NCBI GenBank assembly: GCA_963665125.2
Contig: CAXXUK010000001.1
Span: 2,848,001 to 2,912,000, forward strand
Reading direction: 5' to 3'
DNA: 64,000 bases
Origin: an uncultured Desulfarculus sp.
Lineage (GTDB): Bacteria > Desulfobacterota > Desulfarculia > Desulfarculales > Desulfarculaceae
The notes below the pieces were generated by a model, which was not told the origin of the DNA, made no database searches, and saw only the letters and a program-made list of their open reading frames with translations. The translations under genes were made by a program, and so were the position numbers. Positions 19,076 through 28,547 of the stretch are shown piece after piece. The first letter of the stretch is position 1. The number at the start of each line of letters is the position of its first letter.

Positions 19076-21184
19076 CTAGTAGCGCCAAGTGATTCTTACG
19101 CCGCACATGGCCGGTGAGCCGTCCTGGACCATCTTTGAGCCTTCCCCATCGTAGGACACGGTGTAGTATTCTTCATTGAATATGTTCCTGCCCCACAACA
19201 CGGCTTCCAGGTTTTCGCCCCGGTAGCCCAGGCGAAGATCAACCAGGGCGTAGGGGTCTTCCTTCATGTTGTTTTGATAGTCCGCGTAAACCGCTCCGGT
19301 GCCGCTGATGTCCGTCCGGATGAAAAGGCCGCTCCGGTGGGTATACTGCACGCCCAGGTTGGCCGTGAAGTCCGGCACGCCCGGCACCGTCTTGCCGCCG
19401 TAGTCGTTGCGGGTGAGGCCTGAATAATCGCTGTTCCATTCCGTGGCGACCCAATCGTCAATCTTAACGTTGGTGTAGCCCAGCCCGGCCAAAATGTCCC
19501 ATCCCTGGGCAGGCCTGGCCTTTATCTCCAGTTCCACGCCTTGCGAATGGGCCCTGGCGGCGTTGTCTATCTTGGCGGTGATGAGACCCTCGCCGTACTG
19601 CATCTCCATGACCTGCTTGTCGGACATTTCAATGTAGAAAAAGGACAGGTTGACATGGAGTCTGCGGTCAAGCCATTCGGTCTTGACGCCCACTTCGTAG
19701 TTCCAGGTATATTCCGGATCATAGGTGAAGGTGTCCTTGTCAATGGCGGTGCAGTAATTGTAACCGCCGGCCAGAAAGCCCTTGGACACGGTGGCATAGC
19801 CATAGATCGAATCGCTGAAATCATAGCCCAGGGACAACTTGGGCAACAGCTCGTCGTGATCAATGGAGTCGGAAATATTTATTCCAACATCGTGCATGCT
19901 GCCGTCGGCCTGACGCGCGTCAAAGCGCAGACCCGCCGTTACGTGCAAGCGGCCGAAAAGGGTGTAGATGCCCTGGCCGAACAAGGCATATCCGCTGGTG
20001 TCAATGCTGACTGCGGCGTGTTGCCAGATGACGTCATTATTCGTCTTGATGGACGTGTCCTCGGTGAAGCCGTAGGCGCCCACAAGCCATTTGAAGGGAG
20101 AGTTTTCAGCGTCTGAGGAAAGCCGGAACTCCTGACTGTAATAAGTGTCATCGTAGTTCGCTAAGCTGCCGCCGTAGTAATATTGTGGGTCGGCGGTGCA
20201 ATCGTAGTCTTGCAGGTTTTCGTTGCTGTAGTCCCGCCGGCCGGTAACCGAAAGGAACTTCAGGGCTTCACCGGCCCAAGACACCCGCAGATTCTGGCTG
20301 TTTCCGGATTCTTTCTGGTAGTCCCTCGCATCATGGCGGACCTCGTAGAGATCGGTGCGGTAGGGGCCGTTGGCAAAGCGGTAAACGGCGATGCCGTCGT
20401 CGTTTTCCAGCATATCGGCGCTGAACTTGATGTCGAAGCTCTGGTTAGGCGTCCAGCGCAGGATTCCCCGGGCGTTCCTGTGGTCAATTTTGCCCGCCTC
20501 GTCATCATCATAGACCAGATTGGTCGTATAGCCGTCACTCTTCTTCCACAGGCCGTTGACTCCCAGAAACAGTCGGTCCTGCACCACGGGGCCGGCGGCG
20601 CTGAAGCCCATTTCATATTGCGGAGTGTCGCCGCCGGCGCCGGTGTAGGCTCCCAATTCGCCGTAGACCATTGCCCGCGGCTTGTTGTCCGGCTGGCGGG
20701 TGACGATGTTGATTACGCCGGCCAGGCTGTTGCCGCCGTATAGGCTGCCCTGGGGACCGCGCAGCACTTCCACGCGCTCGATATCGATCAGGTCGATCCA
20801 GTGGCCGTAATTCATGGGCACCATCAGATCGTCAACATAAATTGCGGTGGGTGAATAGATGGATGTCTCAAAAGAACTGACACCCCGCATGGTGATCACA
20901 TTTTCAGAGGTGGACTTTCTCATATAAACGTTGGGAGCGAAGCGGGTCAGCTCCATGGTGTTTTCGATGCCTGCGTCCTCCAGCAGAGCACCGGACATCA
21001 CGGTGGCGCTGACCGGTATCTTTTGAACGTCTTCCTCTGTTTTGCGTGCACTCACTATAACCGGGTCCAAAACATTGGATTCGGCTGGTGGGGGAGATGA
21101 AGCCTCCTCTTCCGCCGCACAAACCCAGGCATCGACCCCAATGAAAACTGCAACCAATAATAGATAGCTGATTATCCGGCGCAT
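19076..21184 (-). CDS. TonB-dependent receptor
   Basis: VIVSARK TonB box, IERVEVLRGPQGSLYG plug motif, RNIFNEEY, C-terminal aromatic residue. Confidence 0.95.
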   Translation of the reverse strand: MRRIISYLLLVAVFIGVDAWVCAAEEEASSPPPAESNVLDPVIVSARKTEEDVQKIPVSATVMSGALLEDAGIENTMELTRFAPNVYMRKSTSENVITMRGVSSFETSIYSPTAIYVDDLMVPMNYGHWIDLIDIERVEVLRGPQGSLYGGNSLAGVINIVTRQPDNKPRAMVYGELGAYTGAGGDTPQYEMGFSAAGPVVQDRLFLGVNGLWKKSDGYTTNLVYDDDEAGKIDHRNARGILRWTPNQSFDIKFSADMLENDDGIAVYRFANGPYRTDLYEVRHDARDYQKESGNSQNLRVSWAGEALKFLSVTGRRDYSNENLQDYDCTADPQYYYGGSLANYDDTYYSQEFRLSSDAENSPFKWLVGAYGFTEDTSIKTNNDVIWQHAAVSIDTSGYALFGQGIYTLFGRLHVTAGLRFDARQADGSMHDVGINISDSIDHDELLPKLSLGYDFSDSIYGYATVSKGFLAGGYNYCTAIDKDTFTYDPEYTWNYEVGVKTEWLDRRLHVNLSFFYIEMSDKQVMEMQYGEGLITAKIDNAARAHSQGVELEIKARPAQGWDILAGLGYTNVKIDDWVATEWNSDYSGLTRNDYGGKTVPGVPDFTANLGVQYTHRSGLFIRTDISGTGAVYADYQNNMKEDPYALVDLRLGYRGENLEAVLWGRNIFNEEYYTVSYDGEGSKMVQDGSPAMCGVRITWRY

Positions 21185-21352
21185 GAGACCAGGACCTCCC
21201 AACCATAAGCTGTTTGTGAATGAAACAAGCCCTGTTTGCTTTCTGGTTCTGATCGATATCACACGCCATGCCGCACAGGCGTACCCCAAAAGGTTTATAG
21301 GGGTGCCCGATGCGGTGTTTTTACATCACCCCTGGGCATGTTGCGGAGCTGT

Positions 21353-22480
21353 TCACCGTGGCGAAGATCGGGCCCAAACACCGGTCGGCAGAATTTGATG
21401 GGCAAGTCTGTATTGAGAAGGCGACATGTTGAAATGGCGCGAAAAAGCGCGGGTGAAGTGAGTTCTTTCGGAATATCCCAGTTCGGCGCCGATCTGGGAC
21501 ATGGTCAGGTTGCTGTTGTCAAGAAGCTCGCAGGCCAACTGCATGCGGCACGATGTCAGGTAGCCGAAAACGGTTGTGCCCAGGTGGGAGCGAAAGCATT
21601 TCTTGAGCTTGGTCTCATTGGTTCCGACCATGCGCGCCAGGGACTGGATAGTGGGCGGCGACTGCAGGCGGGACTGCAAGATGGCTTTGGCCAAGGCTAT
21701 GATGTTTTCCACCTCGCTGAGGGTGGATTGCTCCATTTTTTCCTGTTCGCCGTATTCCAGATCATCCATCCGGAATGAGACCAATTCCATGACCTTGCTC
21801 TGGATGAAAAGGCGGTCGGAGATGTTGCGGCAGGGGCAGCGCAACAATTGACCAAGGACTTTTTGCTCGCCGTCAGTGATCGGGCCTTTCCGGTAAAGCA
21901 CTTCATCCTTTGCAGCAGGCATTCGTAAGCATTGCATTTCTCCGGCGCTTTCGCCGGGCGCGCCGAAGTAGCTTTGCAGAAGCTTGGGGCACAGCGTGAT
22001 GTTCACCATGACTAAAGGATCGCCTGAATCATAGCAAGCCTTGCCGCTGGCGCTACTGGACGACACTATTTCGCATTGCCCATTTTGCGCGGTGAATTCC
22101 CGTTGCACCCCGTCCATGGACCATTGCACCCGACCTGATATGCAATAGGTGAAGCCCAGCTGCGGTGGCATACTGTCGGAGATGGTCCACATCTCCCTGC
22201 TCAGCTCGTATTCCTCCAAATACAACAGCATGCCCTTGCGCGGGCACACCGAACGGGAATAACCCTTGCCCCGCCAACTAGGCAGAGGGTAGCTGACGTC
22301 GTGGCAATCGGAGAAAAAAGAATGCTGTTGGACGAACTGACCGGTCATGCTCGGGTTCCGGGAAAAGCATTCGGCCAACGAGGCAGCGTGTGTAGACATA
22401 GGGGCCGGCATGGCTCGGCGAGGAGTGGGGATGTCCTGTTGAGAACAGCGTTGCTTTACTTTTTCGCACGGGGTCAGCAT
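21353..22480 (-). CDS. AraC-family regulator (PchR-like)
   Basis: PPTIQSLARMVGTNETKLKKCF and LGYSERTHFTRAF; start uncertain. Confidence 0.9.
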   Translation of the reverse strand: MLTPCEKVKQRCSQQDIPTPRRAMPAPMSTHAASLAECFSRNPSMTGQFVQQHSFFSDCHDVSYPLPSWRGKGYSRSVCPRKGMLLYLEEYELSREMWTISDSMPPQLGFTYCISGRVQWSMDGVQREFTAQNGQCEIVSSSSASGKACYDSGDPLVMVNITLCPKLLQSYFGAPGESAGEMQCLRMPAAKDEVLYRKGPITDGEQKVLGQLLRCPCRNISDRLFIQSKVMELVSFRMDDLEYGEQEKMEQSTLSEVENIIALAKAILQSRLQSPPTIQSLARMVGTNETKLKKCFRSHLGTTVFGYLTSCRMQLACELLDNSNLTMSQIGAELGYSERTHFTRAFSRHFNMSPSQYRLAHQILPTGVWARSSPR

Positions 22481-22760
22481 GCGCCCAACTCGCTTCCTTA
22501 CGGCGCCAGTCCCACTAGTGTCACTTAACACTCAGCGGGGCGGCCAGTCAAATCCGTGGTTCTTGGTGAATGCGAATAAGGAACCAATTACTTATTTAGC
22601 TATTACAAACTTTGGCAATGATATATCCCGTCCCGGCTCCTGTCAATCATCACCGGCAAGCCGTGCGCCGCGCTATGAGGCAAAGCGGTGGACCCTACTG
22701 CTCGAAGGCTGGGCCATATGCAATTGGGAAAAGCTGAGGCCTATCATATGGTAGTGAAAA

Positions 22761-24056
22761 TCATTTCTTGAGCAGTGAGAGCGGAAGCTCCGTTCGGACC
22801 CAAAAGGGAGAAGCGGGCTCGCCACGCCTGTCTTTGCAAATGCCCGCGATGATGGGGTAATCAGGCGGCACAAAGTCCATACATAAAACAAATGCTAAAT
22901 ACTTAGCCACTTGAAGGGTCTGGCTGGTGATATTACCTTGATGGTCACAGGCCGCCAGCCAGGCCCTGGTGAGGCCTTCTTTTCTGGAGGCACTGGAGCC
23001 GGTTATCAGAAATGCGCCGATGGGCAAGGCCACAACATCCGTGGTTCGACTGTATTCTGAATTGGGTTGGGGTATCTTGGTGTGCCACACTTGATTTCCT
23101 TCTGGGGTGTACTTGCCTATCCAGCCGATTTGAGGTTTGGTCCCGTTGGGAACGTCATAGCTCCCCGCTGATACAAAGTCGCCGTCGGGTATAGGGGCAA
23201 TCGCGCTGCGGGAAACGCTCACCAGGTCCGGCAGCCGCTTCTCCCAAACGATTTCGCCGTTGGGGGCGAACAACATCAGCCAGTCCTGGGACTGGTGGTA
23301 AAGAACCCAGCCTGGTTTGAACCTGTTGCCTATGGCCAGGATGTTGCCGATTGCCAGCCGTGCAACGCTATGGAAAAGGTTAAGCTGATCCTTTTTTTGG
23401 ATATGCTTCTCCCAGATGACCTTGCCTCTGCGGTCGAGCTTGGCGAGATATGCTTTCTGAGTACAGTTTTCGACGAGAATGGTGCCTGCTACAGCGTATC
23501 CGTCGGCCAACAGGGTGAAAGAAAAAGGCACGCGGCTTGCATCTGTGGCTTGTGTTGTTTCCCGCAAAATTTTGCCTTGCGGGGTTATCTCGGCCATCCA
23601 CCAGCCGCTTGCAGGTGGGGATTGAGGACAATGCATGACCGGCTTGCTCTGTTTTGTGCCGAGGACAATTACATTGCCGTTGGACAATCTTTTTACATCA
23701 TTGACTGAGGAGACACGTTTCCCTAAATCCTTTTCCCATACCTTGTGGCCTTTTTTATCCACCCCTATGAGCCAGCCGCTGTCTTTTTGGTCTTTGGGGC
23801 GGACAACCCAGCCGCCCACGACTGCGCTACCATTGGGTAAGGGCGCAACGGCATTAGGCAGAGTGTTTTCCTTGGTGGGGCAGGCCATCTTGTAGTCGCC
23901 GGGGGCATAAGCTTTGCGCATTTCCTCGAGTTTCGGGTCAATGACAACATGCCCACAATGCGCAGGCGTAATAATCAAAAAAACCTCGGCGGCAAGGATT
24001 ACCATAAGCGCAAGCGCGCCGCCCAATATCCATTTAGATGATTTCTTTACAGGCAT
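22761..24056 (-). CDS. exported beta-propeller-like repeat protein
   Basis: N-terminal signal/TM; repeated ...W....D..G..vWEK units. Confidence 0.65.
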   Translation of the reverse strand: MPVKKSSKWILGGALALMVILAAEVFLIITPAHCGHVVIDPKLEEMRKAYAPGDYKMACPTKENTLPNAVAPLPNGSAVVGGWVVRPKDQKDSGWLIGVDKKGHKVWEKDLGKRVSSVNDVKRLSNGNVIVLGTKQSKPVMHCPQSPPASGWWMAEITPQGKILRETTQATDASRVPFSFTLLADGYAVAGTILVENCTQKAYLAKLDRRGKVIWEKHIQKKDQLNLFHSVARLAIGNILAIGNRFKPGWVLYHQSQDWLMLFAPNGEIVWEKRLPDLVSVSRSAIAPIPDGDFVSAGSYDVPNGTKPQIGWIGKYTPEGNQVWHTKIPQPNSEYSRTTDVVALPIGAFLITGSSASRKEGLTRAWLAACDHQGNITSQTLQVAKYLAFVLCMDFVPPDYPIIAGICKDRRGEPASPFWVRTELPLSLLKK

Positions 24057-24132
24057 GCTCGCCCCCCTTGGTGATCGATTCTGATTTGACAGCATAAACC
24101 AGGGGGCTGTGGAACCATGCTTGCATCTCAGT

Positions 24133-24159
24133 TTTGGGTGTGGATTTGGGTGTGGATTT
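24133..24159. repeat. tandem TTTGGGTGTGGA repeats, probable integrase arm-type sites
   Basis: 12-bp direct repeat about 115 bp inside the att duplication. Confidence 0.5.
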
Positions 24160-24272
24160 ATTCCAAAACATGCCAAAACTGGCAAAAACCTGCCAAAATT
24201 GCCTTTTTCAATTGATCTTTATTATCAACAACTTCCTAAGATATGAGGAGGTTAGGAAGCTCGGAATCGTGT

Positions 24273-24328
24273 ACTTAAAATCCCCAGCATGTAAGGGCGT
24301 ACGAGTTCGAGTCTCGTCCTGGGCACCA
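24273..24328 (+). repeat. att site: 56-bp copy of the tRNA-Leu 3' half
   Basis: matches 3989-4044 with one mismatch (cagcat vs cagcct); begins in the anticodon arm. Confidence 0.95.
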
Positions 24329-24359
24329 GTTATTTCAGGCAGTTATGGAGATGGCCACA

Positions 24360-24983
24360 TCAGGCGGTGTGGCCGTTTTCAATTCGTGACTGCTGTAGCC
24401 ACGCCAGTTGACGGTCATGCATGCGCGATAGCAGAACCAAGGCCAACACCGCGCCCAACAAAGCCAGGCCCATGTCCGATTGGGTGTCCCAGATATAACC
24501 CTGGGTGCCCAGGAAATCTTCGGCCGCCGCGCCGGTCCAAACCGCCACGCCCCACTCCACCAGTTCATAGGCGGCGCTGATGGCCAGACTGATGCACAAA
24601 CAGGTGGGGGCCAGCCAGCGCCGGTCGTTGAGCACATTTTGCCGTAATAGCACCTCGCGGGCGATCATGGCCGGCACGAAGCCCTGAGCCAGGTGGCCCA
24701 GCTTGTCGTAATTATTGCGCTGCCAGTTCATGACCGCGCTCAGGTAATCAAACAAGGGCACCCTGGCGTAGGTGTAGTGACCGCCCACCATCAGAATAAG
24801 GCAATGCGCCCAGATGAGGCCGTAAAGCAGGGACGTGGGCCTATGGCGTTTATGGATGGCAACCAACACCGCGGCATATGCTAGGGCCGGTACCACCTCC
24901 AAAAACCAGGTGAAATAATCGTAGGGCCGCACCAACGACCAGACTAATACCGCCAAAAAACTTACTACATAAAAAATCAGCAT
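24360..24983 (-). CDS. DUF2238 (YjdF-like) inner membrane protein
   Basis: TWFLEVVP, GGHYTYARVP, RNNYDKLGH, GTQGYIWDTQSDM; start uncertain. Confidence 0.85.
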   Translation of the reverse strand: MLIFYVVSFLAVLVWSLVRPYDYFTWFLEVVPALAYAAVLVAIHKRHRPTSLLYGLIWAHCLILMVGGHYTYARVPLFDYLSAVMNWQRNNYDKLGHLAQGFVPAMIAREVLLRQNVLNDRRWLAPTCLCISLAISAAYELVEWGVAVWTGAAAEDFLGTQGYIWDTQSDMGLALLGAVLALVLLSRMHDRQLAWLQQSRIENGHTA

Positions 24984-25092
24984 ATTCAACCAGACCGAAA
25001 AAGTCGCCCCCCCCATTGCCGGGTCGGACGTAAACATCACCAGGCAATGGTTTCAACAGTTAGACCCGTGCCGTGGCGCCCCTGGGTTATTC

Positions 25093-25120
25093 TTGACAGC
25101 ACCATTTTTTACCGTATATT
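25093..25120 (+). promoter_or_regulatory. sigma70 promoter upstream of rsgA
   Basis: TTGACA-N16-TATATT. Confidence 0.55.
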
Positions 25121-25448
25121 AAGGATTCTCTGAAATAGCAAAGCAAAGAGGGTTTTTTGTTTAAAAAATCAATGGATATTGTGTCAATCGTTGCCGCCAA
25201 GCGGATCAACCCGCCGGTAGCTGATTGATCATAGTTCTGCGCTATCCTGAAAACCTGTTCAGCCTATTCCCAGCAGATCTCTGATTGAGAATCCACCGCT
25301 ATAGTTGTGTCCTCCGTCGGCAACGCCACCCAGTCAAACACATCAAAATCATTTAAAGCGACGGTGGTCAGCGCGCCGCGCCCTGTGCGGCTTGATGCGC
25401 CAGCCAACCAGCCGAGATACTTATGTCAAAGATGGGTAGGGCTCAACA

Positions 25449-26549
25449 ATGAGCATCAGTCAAAATATAAATGAAATAGCCAACACTCAGCGCCTGTTAC
25501 AGATGGGATGGTCTTCCCATTTTCAGACACAACTGGAGCAGTCTTTCAACGACGGCTTTATCCTGGCCAGGGTGGTGGGGGTCAGAAAAAACAGCTTTCG
25601 CACCAGCGATGGCATAAACGAATGGCTCGCCACCCTGAGCGGAAAGCTCAGGCATGACGCCAATGGCATTTATCCGGTCACGGGGGATTGGGTTTTTATG
25701 ACCGACTCCGTGATCTCCAGGGTGCTGGTGCGAAAAAACGCCTTGTCCAGAGGCGCTTCGGGCACGCATAACAAACAGAATGCGCAGCCGCAAAAGGAAC
25801 AGGTGATTGCCGCCAACCTCGATACCGTATTTATCGTTTCCGGTCTTGACCGGGATTTCAACCCGCGCCGCATAGAACGGTACTTGACCCTGGTCTACAA
25901 CTGCGGCCTGAATCCCGTCATTATCCTGACCAAAGCGGATCTGCACCAGGAACCGGAGCAGTTCGCCGACGAAGTGGAGACGGTGGCCTTCGGTGTTCCC
26001 ATACACCTGGTTTCGGTATCGGACGACACAAGCCTGGCCTCTCTGGAACAATATCTGTCTCCGGGCCGAACCGTCACCATGGTGGGGTCTTCCGGCGCGG
26101 GCAAATCCACCCTGGTGAACCGACTGTATGGTGAAAGCGTCCAGCTCACCGGTTCCATAAGCGCCCATGTGGGCAAGGGCAGGCACACCACCACCACCCG
26201 TGATCTGATCATGATGCCCCAGGGGGGAATGGTGATCGACAATCCAGGCATCAGGGAAATCGCCTTCTGGGATGCCGATAACGGGATCGAAGCGGCGTTT
26301 CCCGAGATTGAAAAGCTAGGCCAGGGATGCCGTTTTACAAATTGCAGCCATACCCACGAGCCCGGCTGCCGGGTCCTCGCGGCAGTGGATGAAGGTGCAA
26401 TCTCCGGGCACAGGCTGGAAAACTACCGGAAAATGAAACGTGAACTGGAATATCTGGCCCAACGCCGGGACAAAAGCGCCGACCGCGTTGAAAAGGAGCG
26501 CTGGAAAGAGATCGCCTTGAAAATTAAATCCATGAAAATAGATAAATAA
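25449..26549 (+). CDS. rsgA: ribosome small subunit-dependent GTPase A homologue
   Basis: TKAD, GSSGAGKST, GRHTTT, DNPG circularly permuted GTPase; CRFTNCSHTHEPGC zinc site. Confidence 0.9.
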   Translation: MSISQNINEIANTQRLLQMGWSSHFQTQLEQSFNDGFILARVVGVRKNSFRTSDGINEWLATLSGKLRHDANGIYPVTGDWVFMTDSVISRVLVRKNALSRGASGTHNKQNAQPQKEQVIAANLDTVFIVSGLDRDFNPRRIERYLTLVYNCGLNPVIILTKADLHQEPEQFADEVETVAFGVPIHLVSVSDDTSLASLEQYLSPGRTVTMVGSSGAGKSTLVNRLYGESVQLTGSISAHVGKGRHTTTTRDLIMMPQGGMVIDNPGIREIAFWDADNGIEAAFPEIEKLGQGCRFTNCSHTHEPGCRVLAAVDEGAISGHRLENYRKMKRELEYLAQRRDKSADRVEKERWKEIALKIKSMKIDK

Positions 26550-26567
26550 AATTGGCGAGATTATGAT

Positions 26568-26621
26568 TTAAAATCCCCAGGGTGTACGCCCGCGCTAGTT
26601 CGGGTCACGTCCCTGGCGCCA
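26568..26621 (+). repeat. diverged third copy of the tRNA-Leu 3' half (old att site)
   Basis: TTAAAATCCCCAG...GTTCG.GTC.CGTCC..GGCGCCA, collinear with 3991-4044. Confidence 0.75.
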
Positions 26622-26632
26622 CAATGACAACA

Positions 26633-26664
26633 AGGGGTTAGCCGTCCGGCTGGCCCCTTTTTTT
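26633..26664 (+). terminator. terminator resembling the one after the tRNA
   Basis: AGGGGTTAGCC-GTCC-GGCTGGCCCCT followed by a T-tract. Confidence 0.75.
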
Positions 26665-26729
26665 ACCCTAAACGTCTGGAGCTAGTCATGGAGGCAGCTA
26701 GGCAACCGTCCCGGACGGTAAGCCGAAGG

Positions 26730-27356
26730 CTACTCAGCGGGACGATATATACGCAGGGCCCTTTCCAGGCGGTCGGGCGACACATAGGGCAGCAGCAGGG
26801 CGAAGACCTGGTAGTTACCCTGGTCAAAGTCGGCCTGGCTGACATCGGCGTCTTTCTTATAGGATTGCAGATAGCGCACCCAGTTGGTGGCCACGATCCA
26901 GGAGTTGTAGACCAGGGCGTCCAGGGTCATATCATCGTTGGGCCCGGTCAATATGCCCTCGTCGATCATGCTCTTGTACAGATGGCGCATGGTGCGCAGG
27001 GTGTTGCCGCGCATTTGAAGAAAGCGCTGTTGAAGCTCATCGTCCGCCTGCAGCAAACCAACCAAATCGGCATAGAAAAAGCGGTATTTCCAGATAACCT
27101 TCATTGATTGGAGCAAATAGGCGGACGTGACTTCCAGCGCCAGGTCATCGCCGGGCGGCACCATGATCCGGGCCATGTCGGCCTGGATGAGGTCGAACAC
27201 GGCCCGGATTATGTCTTGTTTGTTCTTGAAGTGATAATAAAGGTTTCCGGGGCTGATGCGCAGATGCTGGGCGATCTTGTTGGTGCCCACCGTGGCGGCG
27301 CCATTGGTGTTGAAAAGCTCGATGGCCGCGTCTATGATCCGCTCACGGTTGCTCAT
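26730..27356 (-). CDS. TetR-family regulator
   Basis: IAQHLRISPGNLYYHFKNKQDII. Confidence 0.92.
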   Translation of the reverse strand: MSNRERIIDAAIELFNTNGAATVGTNKIAQHLRISPGNLYYHFKNKQDIIRAVFDLIQADMARIMVPPGDDLALEVTSAYLLQSMKVIWKYRFFYADLVGLLQADDELQQRFLQMRGNTLRTMRHLYKSMIDEGILTGPNDDMTLDALVYNSWIVATNWVRYLQSYKKDADVSQADFDQGNYQVFALLLPYVSPDRLERALRIYRPAE

Positions 27357-27370
27357 TTGCCCCTTCTTTA

Positions 27371-27904
27371 CTACCCCTCGATAAGTTCCAGCCGCGCCTG
27401 CTGTTGCATGTCCGTGAAACGCTGGACCTGTTGCCTGTCGGATATCAGGGTGCGCAGCATGATCAGGCCTTTTTTATCCGGCGTATTGACCACCCTCGTT
27501 CCTGGAGGGGCCTCGCCTTTCCAGCCCGGACCGGCCAAAATCAGGTCCAGTGGTTTACCGCCAAAGTCCCTGTCGCTGATGGTCAGGTAGTTCGTGGTAT
27601 CGCCGGAGTATAGGGCCACAGACCAATATGTGTCAACCTGGGGCATGCGCAGGCGCAGGGCCTTGCCCTCCAGGTCGTAGACGCAAAAGCTGTATAGCAG
27701 GTCCGGGCAGGTCATCACCACCACCTGGTTGGAGATGTTGTTGGGCTTTCCGTGATACAGCTTGTTGTACTCGCCCCCGGTCTTCTGCATGATCCGTCCC
27801 TGGGCCAGATTCATCAGCACATCGGGGAAAAGCCATACCGTGACAAAATGGGCGGCAACAGCCAGGACTACGAAAGCCACGACGTATTTGACTATCCTTT
27901 TCAT
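27371..27904 (-). CDS. DUF1254-domain protein
   Basis: PDLLYSFCVYDL, YWSVALY, GPGWKG. Confidence 0.8.
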   Translation of the reverse strand: MKRIVKYVVAFVVLAVAAHFVTVWLFPDVLMNLAQGRIMQKTGGEYNKLYHGKPNNISNQVVVMTCPDLLYSFCVYDLEGKALRLRMPQVDTYWSVALYSGDTTNYLTISDRDFGGKPLDLILAGPGWKGEAPPGTRVVNTPDKKGLIMLRTLISDRQQVQRFTDMQQQARLELIEG

Positions 27905-28479
27905 GGGCAACTCATCCTTACTACCCTGGGCAACCGGGCCTTGGAGGGATCGTCATACACGCTCTTGCCCGGATGGTACATGCGCATGAGCAAATACAAC
28001 TGCTGGTCCGCCGTGCCCGTGGGCACCCAGTCTCCCTGGGCCTTTTCCGGAGACAGGGTCACGCTCCAGGAACCGTCGGCGGAGCGTTTGACGCTGTTGT
28101 GGTCGGCCGAGTAGATGCCATCGGGGTTGTCGATGAGCATGAAATCGCCGCCGTACACCGTCATGGACCACCAGCGGGTGTCCGGGTCCACGCCGTCGAC
28201 ACGGTATGTGCAGCGGGCGTTGAGCTTGCGGCCCTGGTCATCGTAGCTGGTGACGTAATACAAGGTCTCGCTGGGGTTGAGGGCCAACAGGCCGCCCATG
28301 GCGATGGTGGCCTTGGAATACATGCCGTCGGCCTCGCTGCCAGCATTGGTGTTGACCACCCATCTGCCGTTGGCCAACCAGTTGGCCTCGGCATGGCGTT
28401 TGAGGATCCAGATCGTGGACCCCACGCCCACGACAAGGGCCAACACCACGGTCAGCAGCCATGCCAGTATTTTTTTCAT
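27901..28479 (-). CDS. DUF1214-domain protein
   Basis: ETLYY...DDQGRKL, RWWSMTVY, DGSWSVTL, LMRMYHP. Confidence 0.82.
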   Translation of the reverse strand: MKKILAWLLTVVLALVVGVGSTIWILKRHAEANWLANGRWVVNTNAGSEADGMYSKATIAMGGLLALNPSETLYYVTSYDDQGRKLNARCTYRVDGVDPDTRWWSMTVYGGDFMLIDNPDGIYSADHNSVKRSADGSWSVTLSPEKAQGDWVPTGTADQQLYLLMRMYHPGKSVYDDPSKARLPRVVRMSCP

Positions 28480-28547
28480 GGCTTCTTCCTTTCTCAGTCA
28501 GTTTGGTCTCCGGCCCGCACACAGCCGATGCGGGCCGGAGCTGTTTA

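Larger units (their letters stand above)
4045..24328. mobile_element. decayed genomic island integrated in tRNA-Leu
   Basis: bounded by the tRNA and a 56-bp duplication of its 3' half; integrase stump at the left end; IS elements and accessory cargo inside. Confidence 0.85.

Noticed and set aside
22565..22610. possible Fur box upstream of the AraC gene
   Set aside because: AT-rich and plausible by context, but the match to the 19-bp consensus is too weak to call
24273..24328. second tRNA-Leu gene
   Set aside because: no 5' half (acceptor 5' strand and D-arm absent); it is an att duplication
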